DNA of 64,000 nt from an uncultured virus (IMG/VR IMGVR_UViG_3300044630_006877). Lineage: Duplodnaviria; Heunggongvirae; Uroviricota; Caudoviricetes. Position numbers and translations under genes: made by a program. Each line of letters begins with the position of its first letter. Positions within the stretch are counted from its first letter, which is position 1. The stretch lies in the IMG/VR virus record IMGVR_UViG_3300044630_006877; one strand, written 5' to 3'. Shown in pieces: positions 36,201 through 45,829 of the stretch. The notes below the pieces were generated by a model. That model made no database searches and was not told the origin of the DNA. It saw only the letters and a list, made by a program, of their open reading frames with translations.

Positions 36201-37857
36201 TCCCGCTGACTGATCCCGATGCCGTACCAGTCGTGTTCTGATTCAGGGTGGGGACGTCCGCAGCAGCAATCGCCGCCCATGCCGGTGCTGCTGATACGGT
36301 ACCCGTGCCAGTCTGTACCAAAAACTGCTTGGTCGCTGTCGTGTTGCCTGCGAGCCTTGCGGCGCTGCCACCAGATGCCTCGTAGGTGATGTCGCCAAGC
36401 GTTGTCATCGGGCTGAGTGCGTTGTAAGCTGCCGCCGCTGTGGTAGCCCCCGTACCGCCGTTGGCGATTGGCAAAGTGCCGGTTACCTGACTGGCTAGAT
36501 TAACCCCAGACAGACTTCCTCCGAGGGCTAGACTACCCGAGGAGGTTACCGTGCCTGTCAGAGTGATCCCATTGACTGTGCCTGTGCCGCTGACACTTGT
36601 GACGGTTCCGCTACCACCACCAGACGCCCAACTGAGAGTTCCTGAGCCGTTGGTGGACAGCAGTTGACCACTAGTGCCATCAACTGTAGGCATGTTATAC
36701 GGGTACATTTCCCCGTGAACCCGCCACTTCGTCGATGTCCCGTCGTAAGTGCATTGGACGATGCGATTGGGGCCGAGAACGATGTCGCCGCCGTTTTCAT
36801 TGATGAACTGATTGGCGGCTACGCTGGTCTGGCTGTGTTTTAAGGTGATATTAAAGGAGCCGACATTGTGGAGCCAGATTACGCGACCATCGACATGGGC
36901 ACCAGTACTGGGCGGGGCAATCCCCGTCAGGTTGTAAGTCGCCGACGAGGAAAGGCGTTGAAAGGCTGATCCACCCAAAGCCAAATCGTTGGTGTTTGCA
37001 CTGAGTGCAGATGGAGTGTTTGCGGTATAAGCTAAAGAACCGCCACCGCTGGAAGAATTACCAACGATGAGTTGTTGTTTGGAACCCCTGTAAAAACCAA
37101 CATCTGTCCAGTTGATTGGATAACTTGAATTGTTTGGTTCCCAAGCCCCAGTAGCATAATTAGAATACCACCAACCAGCATAAACAGTTTGATTGATTGG
37201 ATTGCCAATAGCTATAGTGTTTGTGCCGACCGGATAGACACCCACCGTCGAAGCACTAATTCTGCCAATTTGCACACCAAAGTCATTTGATGACTTCAAA
37301 ATAATTGAGCTTGATGTGCCATAATCCGCAACAGCAGTAAAGTTTTTTATGTGAAACTGACTGCCGTCATGCCACATCTGCACTTCGTTTGTGCCAGCTG
37401 TTCCATTTGGCTGACGAACAATCAGCCTGCCATCCCCACCCGTGGTGGCCTGTTGTCCTGGCTGCAACAAGATGTTACCGCCCGCCCCGCTCGTCAAGCC
37501 ATCAGCGGCACGAATAGTGACGCTGTTGCCTGACCCGGCCACCGTCCTTGGCACACCATATAGGGTATTGCTGTATGTGGTCCCACCCAACGGCGCCAGC
37601 CTCACCAGCCCCGACGCATCAACATCAATCATCGGCACGCCCGACACGTCATTAACCGAGAAGATGACGCCAGATGTCAGATTGTTGTTGATGGAAAAGA
37701 GCTGGCCCGAAGAGCCTTCAAAGCTGAGCGTGCCGTAGGCATCGTCCAACACCTTGAGAGTGATGGGAACGTTGCCCTGACCCGTGAACACAACATTGGG
37801 TTGCGCGGTCTGGCTGATGTTCGGCGTGATCTTGATGTTCTTGTCTGAGTTAGCCAT
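33226..37857 (-). CDS. long fibre protein (1543 aa)
   Basis: Repeated VGIGxTSP shaft modules, G/T/S-rich; duplicated HVDGR..NVGSFN domain. Confidence 0.85.
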   Translation of the reverse strand: MANSDKNIKITPNISQTAQPNVVFTGQGNVPITLKVLDDAYGTLSFEGSSGQLFSINNNLTSGVIFSVNDVSGVPMIDVDASGLVRLAPLGGTTYSNTLYGVPRTVAGSGNSVTIRAADGLTSGAGGNILLQPGQQATTGGDGRLIVRQPNGTAGTNEVQMWHDGSQFHIKNFTAVADYGTSSSIILKSSNDFGVQIGRISASTVGVYPVGTNTIAIGNPINQTVYAGWWYSNYATGAWEPNNSSYPINWTDVGFYRGSKQQLIVGNSSSGGGSLAYTANTPSALSANTNDLALGGSAFQRLSSSATYNLTGIAPPSTGAHVDGRVIWLHNVGSFNITLKHSQTSVAANQFINENGGDIVLGPNRIVQCTYDGTSTKWRVHGEMYPYNMPTVDGTSGQLLSTNGSGTLSWASGGGSGTVTSVSGTGTVNGITLTGTVTSSGSLALGGSLSGVNLASQVTGTLPIANGGTGATTAAAAYNALSPMTTLGDITYEASGGSAARLAGNTTATKQFLVQTGTGTVSAAPAWAAIAAADVPTLNQNTTGTASGSVSGTASYVPKFTSANVVGNSLIYDSGSHIGIGTTTLNQIGGTRTVSINGSTDAGVELNYGNVVSGTLYANSNGFVLGGFGAIGTRFTTGSTSAAAAERMRIDTSGNVGIGNTSPGAKLQIDTGAAGTKGLIVKAAATPTANILEVQNSSGTNLVYVDPTGDLAVGVPNATYFPSGPGAPLHVTRPTTAVATAIAAWPTYEPDTQTHARVTAFFTDGGNGGTATLATGTTTIIKFGEYYTARVVLMPEGAGGQTPADQNSGSGRDIMLLGGKSDNAAGKTGGRVFIQGGTGFAGAYGSNFGDVILQANGGRVCVGGTSPVSTSPGLDITADASSSATGQLMIKRASTNDRFRLTCGVHTSNYAFIKAYENAIGAINLALQPDVGSVGIGTTSPSDKLHVIGNVRAGNYTYGYLAMTGDLPGYANGSYPTLKSDNTIYFSADGKYSAYLGDASKNIFALLHPTALTANVLLNPNGTSYFTGGSVAFGATTAAGGGQAYVAPTSNATKGLVVRGAASQSANLQEWQNTGGTVLSSIDSSGNASFPTASTTLLSSNYTLRKSFARTLPNVVGDYVELTRFANYGISTFRVHVVVGWGPGESGINKSYLFNNYQLSLSGIVPPINQSTNPTHDCELEIFYEAAGTAVLRLRRSKGTTSAIASVLIEQFYSYGGGGSGSFSLDERTGTGTSAIANSYITDYRLSNRLQPTMTAVDPPGSSGNGTGVTLSAGTGMGTGVGGNFTVVAGSAATTGAGGSIILQPGAQVTSGGNGTITFNSSAGTAISKFSTDSSTLTITTQSGAAFALKNSTGTTVLSVSSAFLTLGASLDCNSNTLANVGSIYANAYAQFAVINPKLQFPSNVPTAAIENGSTGQIRVSNASTGGGSFAFTSSSPGGYTGDQTDLALSGSAFQRLSGTAARNIFSIAPPSGGSHVDGRMIRIYNVGSFNLTLKHNYTTGTTQANRMFCVQSVDIIIAANDFAELIYDATNNGSGAAGWRVA

Positions 37858-37890
37858 TGTCCAAGCTCCATTAGAGATCTACAGAATATA

Positions 37891-39237
37891 TTAGATGCCG
37901 AACCTAGCACGAGTTGCATCAAATATGCTTCCAATTTCGGTGGTGGTCAGGGTTCGGTTGTACATGCTGAACTTTGCAATTCTCCCAGGAAAAGGAAATG
38001 AAGTTCCTCTCGCAACGCCTAAGGTTAAAGCATTTGTATTAGTATTGGGTGTGATGGATTGACCAAGTGTAGAGCTAGATTTATCGACGCCATTCACATA
38101 AAGCTTTAAGGTCGAGGTGGTGCCAGATCTGCTCTGGGTCACTACTAAATGATACCAAGTATTTAGTGAAAAGGACAAAGTAGTAGGCTGAATGTATGGG
38201 CCACCGCCGCCGCCTATGTCATAGTACACATTAGTCCTGCTTGCATCTATTAAAAGACAATATTGTTCATCTCCATCACCAGTACCTTTGCCAAACAAAG
38301 CAGCCCAGCCAGCAGTTGCAGCAGTTTGATAAAACCACACACTGATGGTGTGATTTTCAGTCAAGTTCATCACACTATTATGCGGTATGCTGACATAACC
38401 ATTTGACCCATTTAAAACAATACTACCGCCATTGCTAGAATTATAAGTTGGACCGTTTATCAAAGTACCAGTATTTCCGTAAGAACTTAAGTCAATCCAG
38501 GCAGTACCAGCTCCAGAATACGAAGCTATTTTGCCAGCGTCCAAATCTATTATAGCTCCAGCTTTAGTCTCTGATGGAGCATCAAATCTTTGACGATTCG
38601 CAGTATAATTTTGCAATACTTCTGCGGCTGTCAACCCTCTTCCCTTATATATAAATAAATTAGATATACTGCCTAGATGATTATAGCCAAGATTTCCGCC
38701 ATATCTTCCTATATTTAAAGTGGTTCCCCAAGAACCTATATTTCCAGCATCAGCAGCGCTATTTACTAAAGAGCCGTTAGAATAAAAATATGTTATTCCA
38801 GATATTCTTGAAACGACTAGATTATACCAAGTGTTTACGGTGTGTGTTGGACCAAGTATATACCCAACAGTCGGATTATAGTATCTAAACCCCGCAGTGA
38901 TAGAAGTTCCGCTAGAAAGAGTTCCACCGTTACTACCAAAATCCCAAACATACCTATTTGTGACAGTATCAGTCTTATAAACAAATACACAAATAGCAAA
39001 GTCTCCAGTTCCAGGAGATATATTATTGGATACTGTTGCGTAGCTATTTGTTCCGTCAAAAACTATGCTTCCACCATTACTATAACTGAACATTCCGTTA
39101 GTTAATGTGCCTACGTTCCCATTTCCACTCAAGTCAGTCCAGGTAGTCCCACCGCCTGGATAACTCTTGGTGTTGCCAGCATCTAAAGCCAGCACCAAGC
39201 CAGAGTCGTTAATCTCAGGTCCGCCGTAAGCACTCAT
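37891..39237 (-). CDS. tandem LamG/ConA-like domain protein
   Basis: Two LDAG..SY.G.GT.W.DLS modules, each with a LamG core. Confidence 0.85.
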   Translation of the reverse strand: MSAYGGPEINDSGLVLALDAGNTKSYPGGGTTWTDLSGNGNVGTLTNGMFSYSNGGSIVFDGTNSYATVSNNISPGTGDFAICVFVYKTDTVTNRYVWDFGSNGGTLSSGTSITAGFRYYNPTVGYILGPTHTVNTWYNLVVSRISGITYFYSNGSLVNSAADAGNIGSWGTTLNIGRYGGNLGYNHLGSISNLFIYKGRGLTAAEVLQNYTANRQRFDAPSETKAGAIIDLDAGKIASYSGAGTAWIDLSSYGNTGTLINGPTYNSSNGGSIVLNGSNGYVSIPHNSVMNLTENHTISVWFYQTAATAGWAALFGKGTGDGDEQYCLLIDASRTNVYYDIGGGGGPYIQPTTLSFSLNTWYHLVVTQSRSGTTSTLKLYVNGVDKSSSTLGQSITPNTNTNALTLGVARGTSFPFPGRIAKFSMYNRTLTTTEIGSIFDATRARFGI

Positions 39238-40616
39238 AAGCCGAACCTCCCACGAAGGGCGTTGAAGTTTTGAAATATTTCAGCTGGCGACAAAGCGCGT
39301 TTCCAGATGCGAGCTACAGCTATGTTTTTTGAGCGGTACTCGGAGCCATAGCCCCAGCCGATGTTAAGGGTTTGAGCTGTAAAGTTATTGTTGAAGCCAG
39401 TAGCGCTGCCTTTTAAGACTGCGTTTTTATATCCATAAGCAGCGGCGCTGCTTCTGACAAATACAATGTGATTCCAAACATTTCTATCTAATACCCAATC
39501 ATTAACTGTTGCGTAGGGAATAGACGGAGAATAACTAGGCGTATAAAAATAAATCTGACCTATAGTTCCGTTGTCAAAAGCTTTTAACGCAAAAGTATTT
39601 TGATCAGGTAGAGCAAGCATGTGTGTATAAGAATTGCCGATTGTTCCATGTTTTATCCACACCTCCAAAGTAAAGTCACCAGTACCAAAAGCAAAGTCGC
39701 TTGACGATGCACAAGAAGCGTAGTCATTAGTGCCGTCAAACAAAATGGTTCCGCCGTTAGCTGTATCAAACGCAGGTCCGTTTTGAAGTGTGGCATTGTT
39801 GGTACCAGTAAGGCTTGTCCAAGTAGTACCAGAACCTGAATAGCTTGACGGGTTACCTGCGTCTAGGTTGAGAACAAGACTGGTCGCGTCTATGGGCGCA
39901 GAATAAAAGTTATCAAACCTGCCTCGACCTGCTGCGTAATTTTTAGCTATTGTTTCAGAGGTAACAGCAGAGTGCTGAATTGTTAGGTTAGACAGGTAGC
40001 CCTTGAAAAGCCCAGTGTTGCCAGCATCGTAAGAGTATTTGGCCAGCATTAGATTTTGAGTAGAAACTCCTATTGTTGCGGTGTAAGTGTTCTGGCCGCA
40101 CAAAACATTATCTACATAAAGTTTAATGTTGTTGGTACCAGAACCACTTCTGGTTACACAGATATGATGCCAAGTGTTTGTGCTTAAAGCTGTAATCGAA
40201 ACAACATTGTCTTCCAACACCAAGGCATTCGTGCCGGTTAATCCGCTGTAAATGGTGAAACCGCGTGCTGAACCAAACTCCAACCAAAAACCATAAGTTG
40301 CGTTTCCGTTAGCTGCGGAACTGATCACATTTTGATAAGTGGCGTAAGTTTTAAAGTTCACCCAAAACGAAATGGTGAAATCACCAGTAAAAACTGGAGC
40401 GTAACTGCTAGTTGCTTGATCGTCCACACCGTCAAAGTACATGCTGCCAAGATAGCCGTAACTTTCATAAGGGCCGTTTACCAATGTAAAGTTTCTACCG
40501 TTGCCACTTAGGTCAGACCAAGTAGTACCAGAACCTGCGTAGCTTCTGGAGTTGGCGGCGTCCAATAAAAGCTGAAGGTTGCTTGTGTCTATGCTAGGTG
40601 AGTGTCCCAAACCCAT
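39234..40616 (-). CDS. tandem LamG/ConA-like domain protein
   Basis: Two LamG modules; start re-called to ATG 40616 (AGGAGG, 8-nt spacer). Confidence 0.85.
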   Translation of the reverse strand: MGLGHSPSIDTSNLQLLLDAANSRSYAGSGTTWSDLSGNGRNFTLVNGPYESYGYLGSMYFDGVDDQATSSYAPVFTGDFTISFWVNFKTYATYQNVISSAANGNATYGFWLEFGSARGFTIYSGLTGTNALVLEDNVVSITALSTNTWHHICVTRSGSGTNNIKLYVDNVLCGQNTYTATIGVSTQNLMLAKYSYDAGNTGLFKGYLSNLTIQHSAVTSETIAKNYAAGRGRFDNFYSAPIDATSLVLNLDAGNPSSYSGSGTTWTSLTGTNNATLQNGPAFDTANGGTILFDGTNDYASCASSSDFAFGTGDFTLEVWIKHGTIGNSYTHMLALPDQNTFALKAFDNGTIGQIYFYTPSYSPSIPYATVNDWVLDRNVWNHIVFVRSSAAAYGYKNAVLKGSATGFNNNFTAQTLNIGWGYGSEYRSKNIAVARIWKRALSPAEIFQNFNALRGRFGL

Positions 40617-40629
40617 TTTCATGCCCTCC

Positions 40630-41310
40630 TTACAGGCCAAACCTGCCACGAAGGGCATTGTAGTTTTGGAGAACTTGGGAGTCTGTTAGGGCGGTGTTGT
40701 ATATTCTTGCTAAAGCTATTTTACCGCCAGCATAAAAATTAGTAGCATCGCTATAGTATCTTCCGATAACAAAAGCTGCACCGCTATCAGAAAGGCCTGG
40801 AGATTGCGAGTCTATTTGTTTGACGCCATTTATAAAAATACGATTAACGCCAGCAGTCCTGACGCCTACAACATGAAACCAGTTGCTGTTAGAAACATAA
40901 GTAGTGTCTGAGTTAGTGTAGGTGTATGCGTTGCCTGAAGCTGTCCAAAACGCAAAATAGCCTCCCACTTTTACTAAACCGTATCCATTGTAGGGACTAT
41001 ATGTCATTTTAGATATAATGCCTTGATAGGTGTTGTCACCTAAGACCACCCAAGCAGAAAGAGTTAAATTCCCTGTGATTTGAACAGAGCTTGCATTTGT
41101 TCCAGTAACGTATTGGTTAGAACCGTTAAAAGAAAAATAACCAGCGTTAGACGAAGAGTAAGTTGGTGAGTTTTGTAGGGTGCCTGTATTAGCGTTTCCG
41201 CTCAGGTCAGTCCAAGTCGTTCCAGTACCTGGATAACTCTTAGTATTACCGGCGTCTAGACAAAGAACCAGCCCGCTCGTCACTATGCTGGGATTGTAAT
41301 TAGTTGCCAT
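40630..41310 (-). CDS. LamG/ConA-like domain protein
   Basis: Single module LDAGNTKSYPG...WFHVVGVR...YNALRGRFGL. Confidence 0.85.
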   Translation of the reverse strand: MATNYNPSIVTSGLVLCLDAGNTKSYPGTGTTWTDLSGNANTGTLQNSPTYSSSNAGYFSFNGSNQYVTGTNASSVQITGNLTLSAWVVLGDNTYQGIISKMTYSPYNGYGLVKVGGYFAFWTASGNAYTYTNSDTTYVSNSNWFHVVGVRTAGVNRIFINGVKQIDSQSPGLSDSGAAFVIGRYYSDATNFYAGGKIALARIYNTALTDSQVLQNYNALRGRFGL

Positions 41311-44300
41311 CTGGCTCCACCTCCAGCTTGGCTATGTCTTTGCGAGTGCCGTACACGATGAAATCGCAACAAATCTCACGATCAGACTCGACGATCACTT
41401 TCTCTGCGTTGGCGTCAACAACAAAGAGCGAGGGTTGGGCAAACTTGCGGGCAGTCAGGTTGACTGTGATGCTCTCAGGATCGACCAGGTCTTTCCAATA
41501 GTCAGGCAGGATAATCTCGTTGTCACCCGTCAGGGTGCCCCTAAAGTAGACGCCGTTCTCTGGACCTTCTAATGAGGCGTAGCGTAGCTTCTTGCCTTCG
41601 GCGGCCTTGCCTGGGGTGGGGTGGTCAATCAAGAACGACTTCGTCACCGCAGTCAGATTGCCGCTGGAATCAATTGCGGCTATCGTCGTTCCGCTGCTGT
41701 TCTGAAGCTGGAAGGAGCCGAAGATGTAGTTGGCTGTTGTGCTGGTGTTGCCGATGACGGTGGTGTTGCTGCCTTTACCAGCGGCTGATGCACCTATCAC
41801 TATCTCATTTGTAGCACTATTGTTTCCAGTTGAAGAATAACCAATGTATATGCTATTGATAACACCTGTTAAAGCTCCTGATGAAATATTAAAAAGACCG
41901 GCATAACGCCCGAATGCCGAATTTCCACTAGTGCTAGTTATGTTGGCTAGAACACCTTCGCCTACTGCCGTATTGCTTGATCCGCTGGTGCAAGCTTCTA
42001 AGGCAGCGTTACCTACCGCTGTATTAAAACTCCCAGTAGAAGAAGCCGAAGCATTTCTTCCTACTGCTGTGTTGTAGCTGCCCGTTGTGTTTATTGCCAG
42101 AGCAGATGTGCCAAACGCAGTGTTGAACGAGCCAGTTGTGTTCGCATTGAGAGCATACACACCAAAGGCTGTGTTGGTCGAAATCTGCCCGCCGCCGTGA
42201 CAAACAGGAACGCCGTTCGCCGCAACATACGCTAGAACTGTGCCGCCGTTGTTCTGCCACTCTTGAAGATTAGCTGTCTGAGAACCAGACCCTCTGACAA
42301 TCAAGCCTTTGGTGGCAGCTACCCCAGTATCAATTTGCAGTCGCGCACCAGGAGAATTCGTGCCGATGCCAACATTAGTCTTTACATCCGTACCCTTGGC
42401 CACATTATTAAAAATATAACGATCTTCCGTCATAGACCCGTTAACAGCTGGATATCTTGTATATGCCTCAAGTTCCCTTAAGCCGTTATTTCCAGTGGAA
42501 TACTTGCTGATGGTGGTGTAGCGAATGAAGCTGGTGGTGACTGGACGGATGTTATATTCTTGCATTCCAGTATAACTGGCGGGAAACGTGAACTTCTGAA
42601 CCGAACCATCTGAAAAGTCGAGCTGAAACTCTTGTGGCTGACCGTCGCTGGTAGAGGCGTCATAGCGACCCGCCAAACGCACCCTATCGATGACATAAGT
42701 GGCATTAAACACCACTTTGATAAATGTCACACCACCTTCGCCGTTGGCATCGATCCAAGTATTAGTGCTTCCGTCGATAGCTAACCCCGACCCCCAACTT
42801 GCAGTACTACCTGCTCCAGCTGTGTATGGGGACGTATTATTGGTTGGATAATTACCAGACACTTCAGTAACAGTGCCGCCATTTGCAGATGCTGCTACAT
42901 TGACACCTCTTAAGAAGGCTGCGCCGTTTGCGTAGATCGCCCCCAAGATGTTTGCCGAACTATCTTGCCACTCTTGTAAGTTGGCCGTCTGCCCCAAGAA
43001 CGCCTTGATAATCTGGCCCTTGGTGCCGGTTGCTCCGGTATCAACCTGGAGCTTCGCACCAGGAGAGGTTGTATTAATTCCCACATTGCCATCGTGAATA
43101 CAAAGGCGAGTGGCTACAGTTCTGGCGTTGTCTGCCGTATCGATGTAAAATCGAGTGGCCGCATAGCCTGGGCCTGGCTCAGTATAAATTCTAGCTTTAT
43201 AATAACCTTGATTTCCATTATACCAACTAATTGCTTGGCGACCAGTTCCCTGCGCGCTAGCTTCATAAAGATAAACGGAATCCCTAACAACCCCATCTGC
43301 TACGGTTTGGTCAATATAGAGCGGGTTGGAGGCTCCATTGCCAAGGTAAGTCTGTCCAGACACCTGTAGTCTGTAAGATGGCGAAGCCGTGCCGATGCCG
43401 ACATTGCCTGCGGAATCAATCCGCATTTTTTCAGTATTGTTGGTATAGAAGGTCATACCGATAGGGGTGGAAGTTCCCCCCTGATTTAGTCTAAGCTCCC
43501 CAGTTCCGGAATTGTTGTTTATTTCAAAGACATAGCGATCATTGCCGCTCGTGGACTTAAAGCCCATCGTGCAGTATTCGCCATCACCAGAACCGCGCTG
43601 GAACCCGATCTTGCCAGCGGCTGTGCCGATTGAAAGGTTGCTGGACGGCGAAGCCGTCCCAATACCAACATTCGTCCCGTTGTCGTAAACAATGCTGTTG
43701 CCAAGCGTCTGCTGGCTCGTGAACTTCGGGTGGTAGCCGGAGGTGCCGGAGATGCCGAAGGGTTGACCGATAGGTCCGAACTGAACGTTGTTCAGAGACG
43801 CATTCTGCGTCAAGAACGAGGTATCGAAATAGAGCGGGTTGCCTGTAGACCTAGCTACCGTTCGCTGGATAACGCCGTCTTTCCAGTATTGAACATTGGA
43901 GCCATCGTAAGTCAAAGACAATACGGTTGAAGTTGTATAAGAACCAAAATTTGCAACTAAACCGCCACTTTCATATATTTCTACTGTTCCATCCCTAAAG
44001 TACCACGCATAATCCAATGAGCTATTGTTCGCATCTGTCGTCGGGTCGCTATTAAGCCCGAACATGATGTGACCAGTAGTCTGCGAAGCTCTAGACGCAC
44101 AGTAAACATTCTTGATATACCCTTCGCTTGAATAAACCTGCGAATCCCAAGCTGCCGTTGCAGCCGTTTTTGTAAAAGTTCCGGTTGACGGATTACTAAC
44201 GCCACTCAGGTTCGGCGTCCAATAGTTATTTCCAAAGATTGTCGTAGTAGAGTTAAATGTGCCGTAGGGCGTGAAGGATGAACCCGTGAAGGCTCCGTTC

Positions 44301-45814
44301 GGACTCACCGCCGCAACAATTGTCCCTGCGCTGTCTTGCCACTCCGTCAGGTTGGCGGTCTGTGACGCAGACCCCTTAACAACCAAACCTCGTCGAGCAG
44401 CCCCAGTCCCGCCACCGCTATCTGGACCTGTGGTTATCAAAAGCTTAGGACCGCCGGTCTTATCCAAGGATGCAGCAGCACCCATGACAATATTACCGCC
44501 GTTACCTATAATCATACGATCTGTATTGTTTGATACATTATCAAAAAATCGAAGACTTCCACTGCCATCGTGGTAAACCTGCCATCTGACAGTACTATTA
44601 GTGCTAAAGTTTAAATATTGACTAGAAGAATTGTTTATATTTATAGATGTGGCAGTAATAGTCCCAGAAACATCCAGTTTGGAAGACGGCGAAGCCGTTC
44701 CAATTCCGACATTCGTGTCATTGTCAAATATCTGGCTGTTGCCAAGCGTAGAAGCCCCCGTGAACTTGGCGATGTAATTGGTCGTGCCGCTGGCGGTAGC
44801 CCCAGCACTTACGGTTGCCCACGAAAGCGAGCCGCTGCCGTTGGTGGTCAGGACCTGGCCGTTGGTGCCGTCGGCGGTGGGGAAGACATACGGGTAGGTT
44901 TCACCGCTGGTGCGCCAACGAGAAGAGGTGCCATCATAGACGATCTGCATCATCCTGCCCGGGCCTAGGACGACATTGGCCCCGGTCTGGGTGGTGACAC
45001 GGTTGCCCGCCGTGCTGGAGGCGTTTTCGTTCGACAGGGTGATGTTGAAGGTGCCGACATTGTACAGCCAGAAAATTCGCCCGTCGGTATGAATCCATGT
45101 TGGCGTACCTGTTCCACCAGCGGTTGACGCCGGAGCAATGCCGGTGATGGTGGTGGTCGCTGTGGCATTCAACCTTTGAAAAGCGGAATGTCCAGACAGA
45201 TTTAGGTCATTGTAAGAAGTGTTGACGGTGGTTGTTGAAGACCGATAAGCCCACGCACCACCGCCTGTGCTACCGTCCGTAACTTCTAAAGTTGCGCGCC
45301 TTCCATTGGTGTTGCTGCCGGTATAAGCAATGCCGCAATTGGAGTATCCTTTGATGTGTGCCCAACCAACACGAATGTGAAAGTTTTGATTCCAGTTAAA
45401 AGCACTGCTGTCAATTCCCCAACTGTAGCTGTCGTTGGTCTGACCATCAGCATTGATAATATCAGAAGAATAAAGAGCATCACAGTAAATTGTTCCAGCG
45501 GTCAAATTGGCTTTAGCATTATTTGCCACCGTTCGTAGGGCGATGTGGGAACCGCCCAGTTGCAGCACTCCATCCTTGTTGATGACGCTGCCCTTGCCGC
45601 CGTCATGCGACAATTGAAGTTCGTCAGTCCCAGCGACGCCGCTAGGCTGGCGAATAATCAGTAGACCATTTCCGCCCGTCGTCGCCTGAGCACCAGGCTG
45701 GATAATGATGTGGCCACCAGCCCCGCTGGTGTTCGCATTACCGGCTTTAATCTGGACATCATCACCCGCCCCCGAAATGGCCTTGTCCTGGGCGGCTATT
45801 ACTCTAGTTGCCAT
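41300..45814 (-). CDS. long fibre protein (1504 aa) with discoidin-like insert and chaperone-like C-terminal domain
   Basis: NVGIGTxSP repeats; NTAxG beta-helix repeats; F5/8-like segment ~42470-42790; C-terminal KSFLIDHP...LEGPENGVYFRG. Confidence 0.85.
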   Translation of the reverse strand: MATRVIAAQDKAISGAGDDVQIKAGNANTSGAGGHIIIQPGAQATTGGNGLLIIRQPSGVAGTDELQLSHDGGKGSVINKDGVLQLGGSHIALRTVANNAKANLTAGTIYCDALYSSDIINADGQTNDSYSWGIDSSAFNWNQNFHIRVGWAHIKGYSNCGIAYTGSNTNGRRATLEVTDGSTGGGAWAYRSSTTTVNTSYNDLNLSGHSAFQRLNATATTTITGIAPASTAGGTGTPTWIHTDGRIFWLYNVGTFNITLSNENASSTAGNRVTTQTGANVVLGPGRMMQIVYDGTSSRWRTSGETYPYVFPTADGTNGQVLTTNGSGSLSWATVSAGATASGTTNYIAKFTGASTLGNSQIFDNDTNVGIGTASPSSKLDVSGTITATSININNSSSQYLNFSTNSTVRWQVYHDGSGSLRFFDNVSNNTDRMIIGNGGNIVMGAAASLDKTGGPKLLITTGPDSGGGTGAARRGLVVKGSASQTANLTEWQDSAGTIVAAVSPNGAFTGSSFTPYGTFNSTTTIFGNNYWTPNLSGVSNPSTGTFTKTAATAAWDSQVYSSEGYIKNVYCASRASQTTGHIMFGLNSDPTTDANNSSLDYAWYFRDGTVEIYESGGLVANFGSYTTSTVLSLTYDGSNVQYWKDGVIQRTVARSTGNPLYFDTSFLTQNASLNNVQFGPIGQPFGISGTSGYHPKFTSQQTLGNSIVYDNGTNVGIGTASPSSNLSIGTAAGKIGFQRGSGDGEYCTMGFKSTSGNDRYVFEINNNSGTGELRLNQGGTSTPIGMTFYTNNTEKMRIDSAGNVGIGTASPSYRLQVSGQTYLGNGASNPLYIDQTVADGVVRDSVYLYEASAQGTGRQAISWYNGNQGYYKARIYTEPGPGYAATRFYIDTADNARTVATRLCIHDGNVGINTTSPGAKLQVDTGATGTKGQIIKAFLGQTANLQEWQDSSANILGAIYANGAAFLRGVNVAASANGGTVTEVSGNYPTNNTSPYTAGAGSTASWGSGLAIDGSTNTWIDANGEGGVTFIKVVFNATYVIDRVRLAGRYDASTSDGQPQEFQLDFSDGSVQKFTFPASYTGMQEYNIRPVTTSFIRYTTISKYSTGNNGLRELEAYTRYPAVNGSMTEDRYIFNNVAKGTDVKTNVGIGTNSPGARLQIDTGVAATKGLIVRGSGSQTANLQEWQNNGGTVLAYVAANGVPVCHGGGQISTNTAFGVYALNANTTGSFNTAFGTSALAINTTGSYNTAVGRNASASSTGSFNTAVGNAALEACTSGSSNTAVGEGVLANITSTSGNSAFGRYAGLFNISSGALTGVINSIYIGYSSTGNNSATNEIVIGASAAGKGSNTTVIGNTSTTANYIFGSFQLQNSSGTTIAAIDSSGNLTAVTKSFLIDHPTPGKAAEGKKLRYASLEGPENGVYFRGTLTGDNEIILPDYWKDLVDPESITVNLTARKFAQPSLFVVDANAEKVIVESDREICCDFIVYGTRKDIAKLEVEPDGN

Positions 45815-45829
45815 TTATCAAACTCCAGA

